A DNA stretch of 64,000 nucleotides from an uncultured beta proteobacterium. Its GTDB lineage: Bacteria; Pseudomonadota; Gammaproteobacteria; Burkholderiales; Casimicrobiaceae. The notes under the pieces were generated by a model. The model was not told the origin of the DNA and searched no databases. It saw nothing but the letters and a program-made list of their open reading frames with translations. The stretch is taken from contig CAWHIS010000018.1 in assembly GCA_963829375.1 (NCBI GenBank), positions 46,992-110,991 of the forward strand, given 5' to 3'. Of this stretch, positions 29,642 through 40,005 are shown one piece after another. Both the position numbers and the translations under genes were made by a program. Position 1 is the first letter of the stretch, and every line of letters begins with the position of its first letter.

Positions 29642-30744
29642 TCGTGAAAATTCTGCACACCGAGTCCTCTCTCGGCTGGGGCGGCCAGGAGATCCGCATC
29701 CTCACCGAGGCCGCTGGCATGATCGCGCGCGGGCACAAGGTCGTGCTCGCGTGCGCGGCCAACGCCAGAATCTTCGCAGAAGCGCCGCGTTTCAGCGTGC
29801 CGGCCGTGGCATTGCCCATAGGCCGCAAGCGACCGATGGGCGTGGTCGCGTTGCGACGGTTCCTCGCGCAGCATCCGATCGACTTGCTCAATGCGCACAG
29901 TTCGACCGATTCATGGCTGGCCGCCCTCGCTTGCCGTGCCCTGAAGACGCCTCCTCCGCTGGTGCGCACTCGGCACATTTCGGCGCCGGTTCCACATGAT
30001 CGTTTCACACGCTGGCTCTACACCAGGGCGACGGCGCACGTGGTGACCACCGGGGAGGCGATTCGCACGGCGCTGATCCGCGACATCGGCGTGGACCCGA
30101 CCCGCGTGACGTCGATACCGACCGGCATCGACCCGGCGCGGTTCAGGCCGCGCGACAAACGGGAGGCGCGCCGCTGGCTGCGTCTGCCGGAGACCGCACC
30201 GCTGGTCGGAATCTGCGCGACGCTGCGCAGCTGGAAGGGGCACCGCTACCTGGTCGACGCGATGCCGTTGCTGGCGCACCGCGATGCGCAGTTGTTCATC
30301 GTCGGCGAGGGCCCGCAGCGCGAGGCGCTGGAGCGTCAGGTCGCCGCGCTCGGCCTGCGCGACCGTGTGCATCTGATCGGCAATCAGAATGAAGTCGCGC
30401 CGTGGCTGGCGGCATTCGACGTCTTCGCGCTGCCATCCTATGCCGACGAAGGCGTGCCGCAGGCGCTGGTGCAGGCGATGTTCATGGGCACACCCTGCGT
30501 AACGACCGACGCGGGGGCCATCGGCGAAGTCGCAATTGCCGATGTCACCGCGCTGGTCGTCGCCAAGGAGAACACCATCGCGCTGGCGGCTGCGGTGGAC
30601 CGTCTCTTGGGCGATGCGGCGCTTGCCACCGGTCTCGCGGCCGCGGCTCGTGCGCGCGTCACCGCGAAATTCGGGCTGCCGTCGATGCTCGACCGTATGG
30701 AAGCTCTTTTTCGCCGCACGGCATCGGAACGCGTCCGCCGATAG
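29638..30744 (+). CDS. glycosyltransferase family 4 protein
   Basis: 368 aa, TTG or GTG (29644) start overlapping the upstream stop. KILHTESS.GWGGQE, and the EGVPQALVQAMFMGTPCVTTD GT4 E-x7-E region. Confidence 0.85.
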   Translation: MIVKILHTESSLGWGGQEIRILTEAAGMIARGHKVVLACAANARIFAEAPRFSVPAVALPIGRKRPMGVVALRRFLAQHPIDLLNAHSSTDSWLAALACRALKTPPPLVRTRHISAPVPHDRFTRWLYTRATAHVVTTGEAIRTALIRDIGVDPTRVTSIPTGIDPARFRPRDKREARRWLRLPETAPLVGICATLRSWKGHRYLVDAMPLLAHRDAQLFIVGEGPQREALERQVAALGLRDRVHLIGNQNEVAPWLAAFDVFALPSYADEGVPQALVQAMFMGTPCVTTDAGAIGEVAIADVTALVVAKENTIALAAAVDRLLGDAALATGLAAAARARVTAKFGLPSMLDRMEALFRRTASERVRR

Positions 30745-30760
30745 CGCGGTCGATTGGTAC

Positions 30761-31879
30761 ATGGCCATTTCGCGCAGTGCCGACATGCAACGATCGCGCT
30801 TTGCGGGCCGCACCCGTGTCGTGCTGACCGCACTGGGGCGCCGCGCGACCGCGATGGGCCGCCGGCCGCCGCGAGATCCTCGACGAATACTGATCGCACA
30901 TCACTTGCTGCTCGGCGACACGTTGATGCTGACGCCGCTGCTCGCCAAGCTCCGTGAGCGTTATCCGCGCGCCGAGGTCGTCATGGCGCTTCCGGACGCC
31001 ATGGCGCCGCTTTACGCCGGCGCGCCCTACGGCGTTCGCGCCATCGGCTGGAATCCGCGCGTGCCCGCCGCATCGCCGATCTGGCGGCAGCCGGGATTCG
31101 ATCTGGCGCTCGTGCCCGGCGATAATCGCTTCAGCTGGCTGGCGCTGGCGCTGGGCAGCCGGTGGATCGTTGCTTTCGGCGGCGACCGACCCGCAAGAAA
31201 GAGCTGGCCGGTCGATGAATTGCGCAGCTACCCCGCCACACCCGCCGCGTGGGGGGACATCGCGGCGACGCTCGTCGACGGTCCGCCGCCGGCGCAGTAT
31301 CTCAAGAGCGACTGGCCCGATCCTCCCGCCGCATCCTTCGAACTGCCCGCGAGCCCCTACGCGGTGCTGCACGTCGGCGCGAGCACGCCGCTCAAACAGT
31401 GGGACCCCCTACGTTGGCGCGCTCTCGCGGCGTCGATCGAAGCGCGCAGCCTCGAGCCTGTTTGGTCCGCAGGTCGCGGCGAGGAAGCGATCGTCCAGGA
31501 GTGCGCCGGCAACACGCGCTATCGAAGCTACGCGGGTGCGCTGTCGTTGCCGCAGTTGTGGCACCTGGTGGCGAACGCATCGTTGCTCGTTGCGCCGGAT
31601 ACCGGCGTCGCGCATCTCGGGCGCATTGTGGCGACGCCAACCGTGGCGCTGTTCGGGCCCGGGTCCGCAACCATCAGCGGCGGCGGAGAATTTTGGCGCG
31701 ACGCTCGGTTTCGCGCAGTGACGGTGTCGCCTTTCCCCTGCCGCGACCAGCGCGTGCTGTTCAAGCGCGAACTCGCGTGGGTACGACGCTGTGGGCGCAC
31801 GCTTGCCGAGTGCGCGCGGCCGCGCTGCATGGATGCGATCGATCTCGACAGCGTCTTGGCGGCAATCGCCGACGTCTAG
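30761..31879 (+). CDS. glycosyltransferase family 9 protein (heptosyltransferase-like)
   Basis: RILIAHHLLLGDTLMLTPLLAKLR, HVGASTPLKQW and APDTGVAHLGRIVATPTVALFGP. The start is ambiguous (ATG at 30761, 30785 or 30854). The upstream part of the 447-aa ORF overlaps the preceding GT4 gene. Confidence 0.8.
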   Translation: MAISRSADMQRSRFAGRTRVVLTALGRRATAMGRRPPRDPRRILIAHHLLLGDTLMLTPLLAKLRERYPRAEVVMALPDAMAPLYAGAPYGVRAIGWNPRVPAASPIWRQPGFDLALVPGDNRFSWLALALGSRWIVAFGGDRPARKSWPVDELRSYPATPAAWGDIAATLVDGPPPAQYLKSDWPDPPAASFELPASPYAVLHVGASTPLKQWDPLRWRALAASIEARSLEPVWSAGRGEEAIVQECAGNTRYRSYAGALSLPQLWHLVANASLLVAPDTGVAHLGRIVATPTVALFGPGSATISGGGEFWRDARFRAVTVSPFPCRDQRVLFKRELAWVRRCGRTLAECARPRCMDAIDLDSVLAAIADV

Positions 31880-31902
31880 CACCGTGTAGGCCTGCATAAC
31901 GA

Positions 31903-33045
31903 ATGCAACGTCCCACCATCGTCCAGTTCAATTTGTCGCCAACGATCGGCGGCGCGGAGGTATACACCGCCTTTTTCAGCCGGGCGCTCGAAATGCGCGG
32001 GTGGTCAACACGCGTCTTGGTCGATCCCGCGGCGCGATTCTGGGCCGACCTCGATTTCGGTGGCGTTCGTCGCGTGCCCTTTCGGATCGGAACGCGTGCG
32101 CTCGAGCGCGGCGACGTCGCCGTCATTCATGCGTCTCTACCGGCGCCGGCGCTCGCGGAGCTCGCCGGCCATTTTGTTGTCGGGCTCGCGCATCAGGCCC
32201 TCTACGACGAAACGCGTCCCGCCTATTACGACCTGGCGGATCTGCTGCTCACGGTATCACGGCACGTCGGCACGACCCTTCAGCGTCACGGTCTGCATCG
32301 CGTATATCCGACTCCGCTTTACGGAGTCGCCGACCTCGATCGTGGCGGCACGGCGGACTTCATCGTCGCAGGCGCACTGTTCGACGCCGACGCACGCAAA
32401 CTCCGCGATCGGGTGCTTTCGGCGGTCGTTCGCGCGAAGCAGGCGATTGTGCCGCCGCGCCGCTTCGACCGGCGCATCGGGCTCACGCTTGGCATCGTGT
32501 CGCGAATCGCGCCGCTCAAGCAGTTTCCGGCGCTGTTCGAGTGTCTCGTGCCAATATTGGCGAGACACACGGGGGTCAATGTCGAGATCTTCGGCGCTGC
32601 CGTCGGCCACAAATCGCTCGCTGCGTTGCAGACCGCGCTCGCGCCGCTCGGGTCCCGCGTCCGCTATTGGGGACACCAGCGCGACGTCGCGAGCGCGTAC
32701 CGCGCAATCGACTACCTGCTGACCGGACTGCCCGAACGAGAGGCGCTGGGGCTCAATGCGATCGAATCGTGCCTCGCGGGTACGCCAGTACTGGCGGTTG
32801 CCGCACCGCCGTTTTCCGAAACCATGAAAGAGGGTTTGACCGGCTTCCTGTACGCCGATCCGCGCGAAGATGGTGGCGCAGACTTCGAGCGCGTGTTGTC
32901 GGGTATCGAGGTCGGCGAGCTTCGAATCGACCGCACCACGGCTGCAGCGCACCTCGAAACGTACTCGTTACCGCGCTTCGCGGATCGAGTCGACGTCACC
33001 ATGGAGCAGGTCGTCGCCGCGGCGCGGCGCAGATTCCCTGCATAG
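31903..33045 (+). CDS. glycosyltransferase (GT4/GT1-like)
   Basis: 380 aa. N-terminal IGGAEVYT and the C-terminal E..GLNAIESCLAGTPVLA pattern of retaining GT-B enzymes. Confidence 0.7.
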   Translation: MQRPTIVQFNLSPTIGGAEVYTAFFSRALEMRGWSTRVLVDPAARFWADLDFGGVRRVPFRIGTRALERGDVAVIHASLPAPALAELAGHFVVGLAHQALYDETRPAYYDLADLLLTVSRHVGTTLQRHGLHRVYPTPLYGVADLDRGGTADFIVAGALFDADARKLRDRVLSAVVRAKQAIVPPRRFDRRIGLTLGIVSRIAPLKQFPALFECLVPILARHTGVNVEIFGAAVGHKSLAALQTALAPLGSRVRYWGHQRDVASAYRAIDYLLTGLPEREALGLNAIESCLAGTPVLAVAAPPFSETMKEGLTGFLYADPREDGGADFERVLSGIEVGELRIDRTTAAAHLETYSLPRFADRVDVTMEQVVAAARRRFPA

Positions 33046-33144
33046 ATCGACACCTGCAGTCCGCTTGCCGGTACAATCGCGCCGGCCGATTGGAGATACG
33101 GGGCCCCGCCCGCGGGAACTCCGGGTCCAATCCGGCATCGCTGC

Positions 33145-34449
33145 ATGTTCACCGAAAAGATAATCGTCAGATTGCAACTTTGGGCCGCAGCCATTTATCT
33201 CGCGCTGCTGCCTTCCAACGCGTGGACGTTCGTGCGCTCGCTCGAATTCGGGCTGGCCGCGGCATTCGCCGCCGTCATCCTCGTCGCGGGGTGGACCGGC
33301 CGCGGCGCCCGAGTCCCGTACCCCGGTCATCCGATCGTTGTCACGCTTACTTTGTGGTGCGCTTGGTCCGTCGCGTCGCTGCTGTGGTCGGTCGACGTCG
33401 GCTATTCCGCGACCCAAGCAAAGCGCGAGATTGGATGGAGCCTGCTCGCCATCGTCGCGTTCTATGTGGCGCCATATTCGCCCGCCGCGTGGCGCACGCT
33501 GATCGGAGGCGCGCTAGCGGCATTTGCTGTTTACGCAGCCCTGGTGCTGGTCGCAGCGCTGACGCCTTCCGGCTGGGATCCGGACCGCTGGCATTCAGGC
33601 GTTGGACCCTACGCAACCCATGTCGTGCTGATCGCACCGCTGCTCCTCACGCTGCTGGCGCCGCCGCCGGTCGGCTTCGGCAGTCGCCCGCGCAACATCG
33701 CGATCGGCGTCGCCACCCTGATGTTGCTTCTGGTCAGCGCCCGCCTGACCGACAACCGCATGGTGTGGATCGCCCTGACGGTCACGTACGGTACGGCGTC
33801 CATGCTGGCCGCGTGGCGATGGCAGGCGTCGCTCGCGCGCGCGCCGCTGCGCTGGCTGTCGCCTCTGTTCGCGCTGCTCATTGTGCTCGGCATCGTGTTC
33901 GCGGATGTCACCCGCGAGCGTGCGCAACTGGATTTTCCGGCGCAGACGTCGGTTGCCAAGACACTCGCAGAGGATCCCCGCATCCCGCTTTGGGATCGCA
34001 CGGCACACGTGATCGGGGAGCGACCCTGGATCGGATACGGTTTTGGGCGGGCCATCGTCGCGGAGAGACTAAAAGTGCCCTTGGGCAATTCAATGCTTTG
34101 GCACGCGCACAATCTGTTTGTCGGTCAGATCTTGCAGACCGGCGCGATCGGCCTGGTGTTGTTCGTCGGCTTGCTGCTCGCGTTATGCGGGCGCTTCGTG
34201 CATTACCTGCGGCATGCCGACGATGCGCTTGCGGTCATCGGCGTCGTCGGGCTGTCGCTTGTTGCCGGATTCATCACGAAGAACATGACCGACGACTTCC
34301 TGTTTCGCAGCAATGCCAAGGAGTTCTGGGCTTTGCTTGCGCTACTGATAGGATTTGGAACCCGGTTGGAAAAGCGAGCGTCCGGATCGATTTCGGCCGG
34401 CGCCGACAGCGGATGGAACGTTAACGGCGGCGCTGCGACAGTACGGTAA
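33145..34449 (+). CDS. O-antigen ligase family protein (WaaL-like, Wzy_C domain)
   Basis: 434 aa, about 10-12 TM helices, periplasmic loop with GYGFGR...WHAHNLFVGQILQTGAIG. The 3' end overlaps the convergent dehydratase gene by 29 nt. Confidence 0.8.
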   Translation: MFTEKIIVRLQLWAAAIYLALLPSNAWTFVRSLEFGLAAAFAAVILVAGWTGRGARVPYPGHPIVVTLTLWCAWSVASLLWSVDVGYSATQAKREIGWSLLAIVAFYVAPYSPAAWRTLIGGALAAFAVYAALVLVAALTPSGWDPDRWHSGVGPYATHVVLIAPLLLTLLAPPPVGFGSRPRNIAIGVATLMLLLVSARLTDNRMVWIALTVTYGTASMLAAWRWQASLARAPLRWLSPLFALLIVLGIVFADVTRERAQLDFPAQTSVAKTLAEDPRIPLWDRTAHVIGERPWIGYGFGRAIVAERLKVPLGNSMLWHAHNLFVGQILQTGAIGLVLFVGLLLALCGRFVHYLRHADDALAVIGVVGLSLVAGFITKNMTDDFLFRSNAKEFWALLALLIGFGTRLEKRASGSISAGADSGWNVNGGAATVR

Positions 34450-36298
34450 CCGAACCCGTACGCATGGGAACCGGGCTGCGGGGTGCATATTCGGGGAGCA
34501 GCGACTTCAGCCAGGCGCGGACGTCAGCGTCGGACACCTCGCGGTCGCGCTGCAACCAGGTGACGAGTTCCCGCACGGTAGCGCTGTCGGCCGATCGAGC
34601 CTGGGCGATGCGCAGCTTCGGGTGGTGGGTGGGCAACGTCGCCTCCTCTGAGGCCAAGGGTTCCTCATAGAGCTTTTCTCCCGGCCGCAAACCTGTGAAC
34701 ACGATGCGGATGCGGTCGGGATCGGCACCGGAAAGCCGGATCATGTCGCGGGCAAGATCCAATATGCGCACCGGCTCCCCCATGTCGAGCACGAGGACTT
34801 CGCCGCCGCGTCCCATCAGCCCTGCCTGCAACAGCAGCTGCGTCGCTTCGGACAGCGACATGAAATAGCGCGTGATCTCCGGATGCGTCACGGTCAGCGG
34901 TCCGCCTCGCGCAATCTGCTCGCGAAAACGCGGAATCACGCTTCCGGTGCTGCCGAACACATTGCCGAAACGGACGATGACGAACTGCGTCGTCCCGTTT
35001 TGAAGGCTCTGGCACATTATTTCGGCCACGCGCTTGGATGCTCCCATCACATTGGTCGGGTTGACCGCTTTGTCAGTCGACACCAGCACGAATTTCTCGA
35101 CCTTTGCCGCCACCGACGCGCGGGCGAGGGCCCACGTGCCGAAGGCATTGTTGCGCACCGCCTGCCAGGCGTTCATCTCCTCCATCAGCGGCACATGCTT
35201 GTACGCCGCAGCATGGAAGACAACTGACGGCCGCTCGCGCGCGAGCACCCGCTCGACGTACGACACATGCTTGACATCGCCGACGATCGTCGACAGCGTC
35301 ACATGCGGATGGGCGTCCAGCAGTGCCTGCTGCACGTTGTAGAGCGCGAACTCGGAAATGTCGAAGAGGACAAGGCGCTCGGGTTTGAAGCGGGCAATCT
35401 GCGCACACAGTTCGGCACCGATCGAGCCGCCGGCGCCGGTCACCATCGCCACGCGTCCGCCCAGCCATTCGCTCAAGCCCGCGTTATCGAGCACGACCGG
35501 GTCGCGACCAAGCAGATCGTCGAGCTCGACATGCCGGATCGTCGTCAATTGCGACCGGCCGCTGATCAGGTCGTCGTAGGAGGGTACCGTCAGCGCCTCG
35601 ACCCCCGCTGCAGCGCACAATTCGGCTACCCGCCGTCGCACCACGTGCGCCGCCGATGGCAGCGCGAGTATTACCGTTCGCACGCCGTAGCGTCGCGTCC
35701 ATTGCGGCAGTTCACTGATCGGCCCCAGCACGCTGATATTGCGCAAGAGGCGGCCATGCATCCCAGGGTCGTCGTCGAGTAGACCGACGATGCGCCATTG
35801 GCGGCTATGCGCCAGTTCCTTGGCCAGACGCGCACCGGCTTCGCCCGCGCCGAGGATGAGGATGGGCTCGCCAAGCGCAGCCAGCGGGCTGTACAGACGA
35901 TGCTCCTTCCAAATGCGGTAGGTGAAGCGGCTGCCGGCCATGAGAAAGATCACGACGGGCGGATACAAAATCAGCACGCTGCGCGGGACGATGGCCCTGA
36001 CCTGCAGCATCACCAGCACCAGCGGAATGGCGACCGCGCCCAGGCCCGCGGCTAAGACGATGCGCTGCAGGTCAGGAAGGCTCGCGAATCGCCACAGCCC
36101 GCGATAAAGACCAAAGGCGAGGAAGATCGCGGCCTGGAGCGGCAGCACCCATACCAGCGTGCGCCACACGTCGGCGAGTTGCGGCTGATGCAGATCCAGA
36201 TTGAAACGCAACCAATACAACCCGGCCCAGGCTATGGCCGCCGCCGCGACGTCGTGCAAAAACGCCAGCCACGAACGCCAGTTAGTACTTACTTTCAT
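34421..36298 (-). CDS. membrane-anchored nucleotide-sugar 4,6-dehydratase/epimerase (WbpM/CapD/PglF family)
   Basis: 625 aa from the ATG at 36298. 4 N-terminal TM helices, then two Rossmann regions (ILGAGEAG, VTGAGGSIGAEL) and the AAYKHVPLME catalytic motif. Confidence 0.88.
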   Translation of the reverse strand: MKVSTNWRSWLAFLHDVAAAAIAWAGLYWLRFNLDLHQPQLADVWRTLVWVLPLQAAIFLAFGLYRGLWRFASLPDLQRIVLAAGLGAVAIPLVLVMLQVRAIVPRSVLILYPPVVIFLMAGSRFTYRIWKEHRLYSPLAALGEPILILGAGEAGARLAKELAHSRQWRIVGLLDDDPGMHGRLLRNISVLGPISELPQWTRRYGVRTVILALPSAAHVVRRRVAELCAAAGVEALTVPSYDDLISGRSQLTTIRHVELDDLLGRDPVVLDNAGLSEWLGGRVAMVTGAGGSIGAELCAQIARFKPERLVLFDISEFALYNVQQALLDAHPHVTLSTIVGDVKHVSYVERVLARERPSVVFHAAAYKHVPLMEEMNAWQAVRNNAFGTWALARASVAAKVEKFVLVSTDKAVNPTNVMGASKRVAEIMCQSLQNGTTQFVIVRFGNVFGSTGSVIPRFREQIARGGPLTVTHPEITRYFMSLSEATQLLLQAGLMGRGGEVLVLDMGEPVRILDLARDMIRLSGADPDRIRIVFTGLRPGEKLYEEPLASEEATLPTHHPKLRIAQARSADSATVRELVTWLQRDREVSDADVRAWLKSLLPEYAPRSPVPMRTGSVTVLSQRRR

Positions 36299-37259
36299 TA
36301 AGTCCCTTGTTACCCTTGTTCCAATAATACCCGATTCCGGCATAGAGGAGGAGCAGCGCCGCCACCCATGACAGAAGTACGCGAGCGCCAGCGTCGGGCG
36401 CGCGGATCAGCGCGGCAAGCGCCGACGTCGCCGTTCCAAGCATCAACGCGCCATAAAGCGCCAAGGCACCGCCATGCCCCAGGCCCATCTGCACCAGGCG
36501 CTGATAGTAGTGGTCGCGGTGCGCCTGCCACACCTTCGCGCGCGACAGAACCCGCCGCGCGAGCGTCAACGTCGCATCCGCAATGAATGGCAGGAAGACG
36601 AGCGGCGGGAACCATGCGGGCCAATAGCCGGCACACCAACCGCCGATCCCGAACACGGCACCGAGAAATCCCAACGGCACCGCGCCGACGTCGCCCAGCA
36701 TGATGCGGGCGGGAGGAAAATTGAGCGCGAGAAACGGAATCGTCGCGGCGGCGACGGTGGCCATGATCGGAGCGTCGGCGTGTCCGGCGCGGCCGGCGGC
36801 GATCGCGTATGACCCGAAGCCGACGACCGCCATGGTGGCAGCCAAGCCGTCGCTCCCATCCATGAAGTTGTACAGATTCGTCATCCAGACAATCACAAGC
36901 GCCGCAAACAACGCCTGCGGCCACGCGACGCGTCCGTCGAGCCAGAGCCAACCGATTGCGGCGGCGATCTGTGCCGCAAGACGCAGCGACACCGAAACAC
37001 CGCGCCGATCGTCCCAGAGCGATACCCCTATCAGAAGCAGCAACGGCGAAAGCCATGGTTGACTTTGGGGCAGCCACGCGGTGCCCGCGAGCATTCCTGC
37101 CCAGATCGCGATGCCGCCTCCGCGGGGAATAGGCAGCCGATGCAGTGAACGTGCGTTGGGTGTGTCGACAGGCAGTCGTGCCGAACGACGCAGGACACCG
37201 AGGGCCAGCCACGAGACGAAAATTGCGATGCACGCGGGGAGTGCCAAGGTCATCGACAT
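36282..37259 (-). CDS. undecaprenyl-phosphate HexNAc-1-phosphate transferase (MraY/WecA/WbpL family)
   Basis: 325 aa from the ATG at 37259, polytopic. NARSLHRLPIPRGGG, NLYNFMDGSDGLA and a PARIMLGDVGA-type motif. Overlaps the dehydratase start by 17 nt. Confidence 0.85.
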   Translation of the reverse strand: MSMTLALPACIAIFVSWLALGVLRRSARLPVDTPNARSLHRLPIPRGGGIAIWAGMLAGTAWLPQSQPWLSPLLLLIGVSLWDDRRGVSVSLRLAAQIAAAIGWLWLDGRVAWPQALFAALVIVWMTNLYNFMDGSDGLAATMAVVGFGSYAIAAGRAGHADAPIMATVAAATIPFLALNFPPARIMLGDVGAVPLGFLGAVFGIGGWCAGYWPAWFPPLVFLPFIADATLTLARRVLSRAKVWQAHRDHYYQRLVQMGLGHGGALALYGALMLGTATSALAALIRAPDAGARVLLSWVAALLLLYAGIGYYWNKGNKGLNESKY

Positions 37260-37483
37260 ACGCCGGCCGCGAGGCAGCGAAGTCGGCGAGGATGCGCCGG
37301 CAAGCCGTTGTTTGTACCCATTTTTTGCCCGCGGCAATCAACTAAATGCTTTAGGCGCGGCTCGAACCAATTATACGCGGTGCCACACGCTCGCTGCGCC
37401 TTTGAAATCGCGTGGAAAATGCAATGCCGTGTTGCAATAAAGCAACAGGGAAGACCAGGTGTTTTCCAGCTGGGGGTTTTAGC

Positions 37484-37513
37484 TTGCCAATGGATTCGCC
37501 GGTTTGGCACAAT
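37484..37513 (+). promoter_or_regulatory. candidate sigma70 promoter for porin gene
   Basis: TTGCCA (37484-37489), an 18-nt spacer, then TGgCACAAT (extended -10 at 37505-37513). It lies about 85 nt upstream of the porin ATG in a locally AT-richer 338-bp spacer. Confidence 0.3.
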
Positions 37514-37597
37514 CAGATCAACTTCTCGCTACTCCTGAGAAGGTTCCGGTGGCAGGCAATCGTTTCCTTGCCAAATCTTATCGTTAGAGGAGAGACC

Positions 37598-39010
37598 ATG
37601 AATAAAAAGCTCGTGGCCCTTGCCGTCGGCAGCGCATTCGCGTTTCCGCTGGCTGCGCAAGCGCAAACCGCGAACGTCACGCTGTACGGTCGCTTGAATT
37701 TGGACCTTGAATTCGTCAACGGCAGGACCTGCCAGAACGGTATAACGACTGGTGCCGGTTCCGTCGGCACACAAACCGGCACCTTTCAAAGCGGTGGCAA
37801 CGCAGGAAACGGTGCATCGACCAACACCAACGGTGTTGCCTGCTCGTCAGCGTCAAACGCTACCACTCCCAACAGCATTTCGAACCCCACCACCAACCGT
37901 GTCAGCTCGAACTCGTCGCGCTTCGGCATGCGTGGCACCGAAAGCCTCGGCGGTGGGTTGAACGCGGTGTTCCAGATCGAATCGAACGTGTCCGGCGATA
38001 CCGGCAACTCGTCGGGTTCGGGCATCGCCAGCCGTGAAACGTTCGTCGGCCTGCAAGGCAGTTGGGGCCGCGCGATTATGGGTTCCTTCCTGATGCCCCA
38101 GGACGACCTGACTCCGATCTTCGGCAACGCACCCACGCTGGGCACGTCGATCCTGAACCAGTCGGGCGTCTGGGCCTTCGGCAACCAGAACGTGTACAAC
38201 GGCGGCTTCGACCAGCGCATACCCAACAGCATTCGCTACGACTCGCCGAACTTGTACGGCTTCACCGCCGCGATCCAATATGCCACGCTGGACAATTCGG
38301 GTGCCTCGATGACCTCCGGAGCCGCGGGCGGCAGCGGCGGCAACAACGCTACCAACATGATCCACGCCAACATCATCGGCGGCAATGCGATCTACAGCAA
38401 CGGCCCGTTCCAGGCCGGCGCCTCGTTCGAAGTGCACAACAAGGTTCGCAATGCCGTTACCATCGGCGGCCCGAACCTGCAAGACTGGGACTGGACCGTC
38501 ACCGGTTCGTACAATTTCGGCACGCTCTTCCAGGGCTTCGGTCTGCAAGTCGCGCTGGTGTACGAGCAGACTCATTATGATGTTCAGTCGACGCTTCCCG
38601 GTTCGGGATGCTTTTTAGGGTCCGATCACGGCACGTGTAGCCTGACCCGCAACATGGGCGGTGGGTCGGTCACGATTCCTCTCGGTGGCGGCAAGCTCTT
38701 CGGCTTGTACGAAAAGGGCACCAACGGTCGCGGCAGCGCTCCGGACGGCACGTCGGTCGGCTACCTGACACGCGGCGGCAGCACCAGCGCCCAGCAGTGG
38801 GAAGTGAGCTACAGCTACAACCTGTCGCCGCGCACCATGCTGTACGCCGGCTACGTGAAAATCCTCAACGAGTGCAAGGCGTCGTACACGTACAACATCA
38901 ACCCGTACGCGATCGCCGTCGGCCAGTTCGGTGCGGCTCCGGGCTCCGCGGGCGATTTCTGCAGCGGGTCGCCGGGTGGTGCCATCTTCGGCATGGTTCA
39001 CTTGTTCTGA
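37598..39010 (+). CDS. Gram-negative porin (betaproteobacterial OmpC/Omp32-like), long-loop variant
   Basis: 470 aa, RBS aggagag, signal peptide ...PLAAQA-QT. Motifs [43 protein letters not shown] and a C-terminal ...GMVHLF. Confidence 0.9.
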   Translation: MNKKLVALAVGSAFAFPLAAQAQTANVTLYGRLNLDLEFVNGRTCQNGITTGAGSVGTQTGTFQSGGNAGNGASTNTNGVACSSASNATTPNSISNPTTNRVSSNSSRFGMRGTESLGGGLNAVFQIESNVSGDTGNSSGSGIASRETFVGLQGSWGRAIMGSFLMPQDDLTPIFGNAPTLGTSILNQSGVWAFGNQNVYNGGFDQRIPNSIRYDSPNLYGFTAAIQYATLDNSGASMTSGAAGGSGGNNATNMIHANIIGGNAIYSNGPFQAGASFEVHNKVRNAVTIGGPNLQDWDWTVTGSYNFGTLFQGFGLQVALVYEQTHYDVQSTLPGSGCFLGSDHGTCSLTRNMGGGSVTIPLGGGKLFGLYEKGTNGRGSAPDGTSVGYLTRGGSTSAQQWEVSYSYNLSPRTMLYAGYVKILNECKASYTYNINPYAIAVGQFGAAPGSAGDFCSGSPGGAIFGMVHLF

Positions 39011-39070
39011 TCGAAGCGGATTCGCGAGAAGCGAGGCAATCGACATTCGCAACGTTTAAAGTGATCATCA

Positions 39071-39097
39071 GGGCGTCCTCTGGACGCCCTTTTTTTT
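39071..39097 (+). terminator. rho-independent terminator after porin gene
   Basis: Perfect 8-bp stem gggcgtcc (39071-39078) / ggacgccc (39082-39089), 3-nt loop, then T8 (39090-39097). Confidence 0.85.
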
Positions 39098-39742
39098 GTG
39101 TTGTCGTATGATGCTGGCGTGGCTATCGACCCTCTCGTCATCGGATTCGACCGCGCACTGCGCACCTTGGCCGGCATCGCGTCGAGCGTTCGGCCCAATC
39201 CCGCGGCCAACACTCCGGAAGGATCGCTTACGTCCGAGGAGCGTCGCCACGCCGCGGGTCTGATGCGCGTCAATCATACCGGGGAGGTATGCGCGCAGGC
39301 CTTGTACGAAGCACAGGCGCTCACCGCGCGCGGCGCCGACGCACGAATGCGGCTCTTGCAGGCCGCTCGCGAGGAAGGGGACCACTTGGCATGGACGCAG
39401 CAGCGCCTGACTGAACTCGGCAGCAGAACCAGCCTCGCCAATCCCTTTTGGTATGCGGGTTCCTTCGCGATCGGCATCTGCGCCGGCCTGGCCGGCGATC
39501 CCACGAGCCTGGGCTTTGTCGCCGAAACCGAACGTCAGGTCGAGGAACATCTTACGGGTCATATGGATCGTCTGCCGCCTGCCGACGCCAGGAGCCGCCT
39601 GATCGTCGCCGCGATGCGCAATGACGAGGTTCGCCATGGCATCGCGGCGCGAGACGCCGGCGCAACCGATCTGCCCTGGCCCGTGCGCGGCATCATGCGC
39701 GCTACGGCCAAATTGATGACCGTTACTGCGTACAGACTGTAG
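39098..39742 (+). CDS. coq7: demethoxyubiquinone hydroxylase (2-nonaprenyl-3-methyl-6-methoxy-1,4-benzoquinol hydroxylase)
   Basis: 214 aa di-iron carboxylate protein: [22 protein letters not shown] and E..V..HL...L motifs. GTG/TTG start immediately after the terminator T-run, so the exact start is uncertain. Confidence 0.88.
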   Translation: MLSYDAGVAIDPLVIGFDRALRTLAGIASSVRPNPAANTPEGSLTSEERRHAAGLMRVNHTGEVCAQALYEAQALTARGADARMRLLQAAREEGDHLAWTQQRLTELGSRTSLANPFWYAGSFAIGICAGLAGDPTSLGFVAETERQVEEHLTGHMDRLPPADARSRLIVAAMRNDEVRHGIAARDAGATDLPWPVRGIMRATAKLMTVTAYRL

Positions 39743-40005
39743 CGGCCGCGAAGGCGGATGCGCTGCGAGCAACGATACGGTCCCTGTTCCTACGATGGTC
39801 CGCTCGCAGCAGGCGACGCAGCGGCCGAAGCACCCCGCCAACGTCACGTACTGGAACTAGGAGGCCGCAGCGCGGGATAGCGAGTCGGCAAGCCGCCGAC
39901 ACGCCCGATGTCGCTACCCGTGGCAGGTACGAGAACGACACTTCGCCCGAGTAGCCTGCGGTAAACTGCTGTACACGTGATCATTGCCGATCAGGCGGAG
40001 AGACG

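Noticed and set aside
32001-34424. 807-aa plus-strand ORF spanning a glycosyltransferase and the O-antigen ligase
   Set aside because: It is out of frame with two genes that show clear GT and Wzy_C/TM-helix signatures. The product would be about one quarter Arg. High-GC open-frame artefact.
37350-37375. tRNA-like T-loop (reverse complement reads GGTTCGAGCC)
   Set aside because: The flanking bases do not form a T-stem or acceptor stem, and no anticodon or D-arm can be folded. A chance match in the porin upstream spacer.
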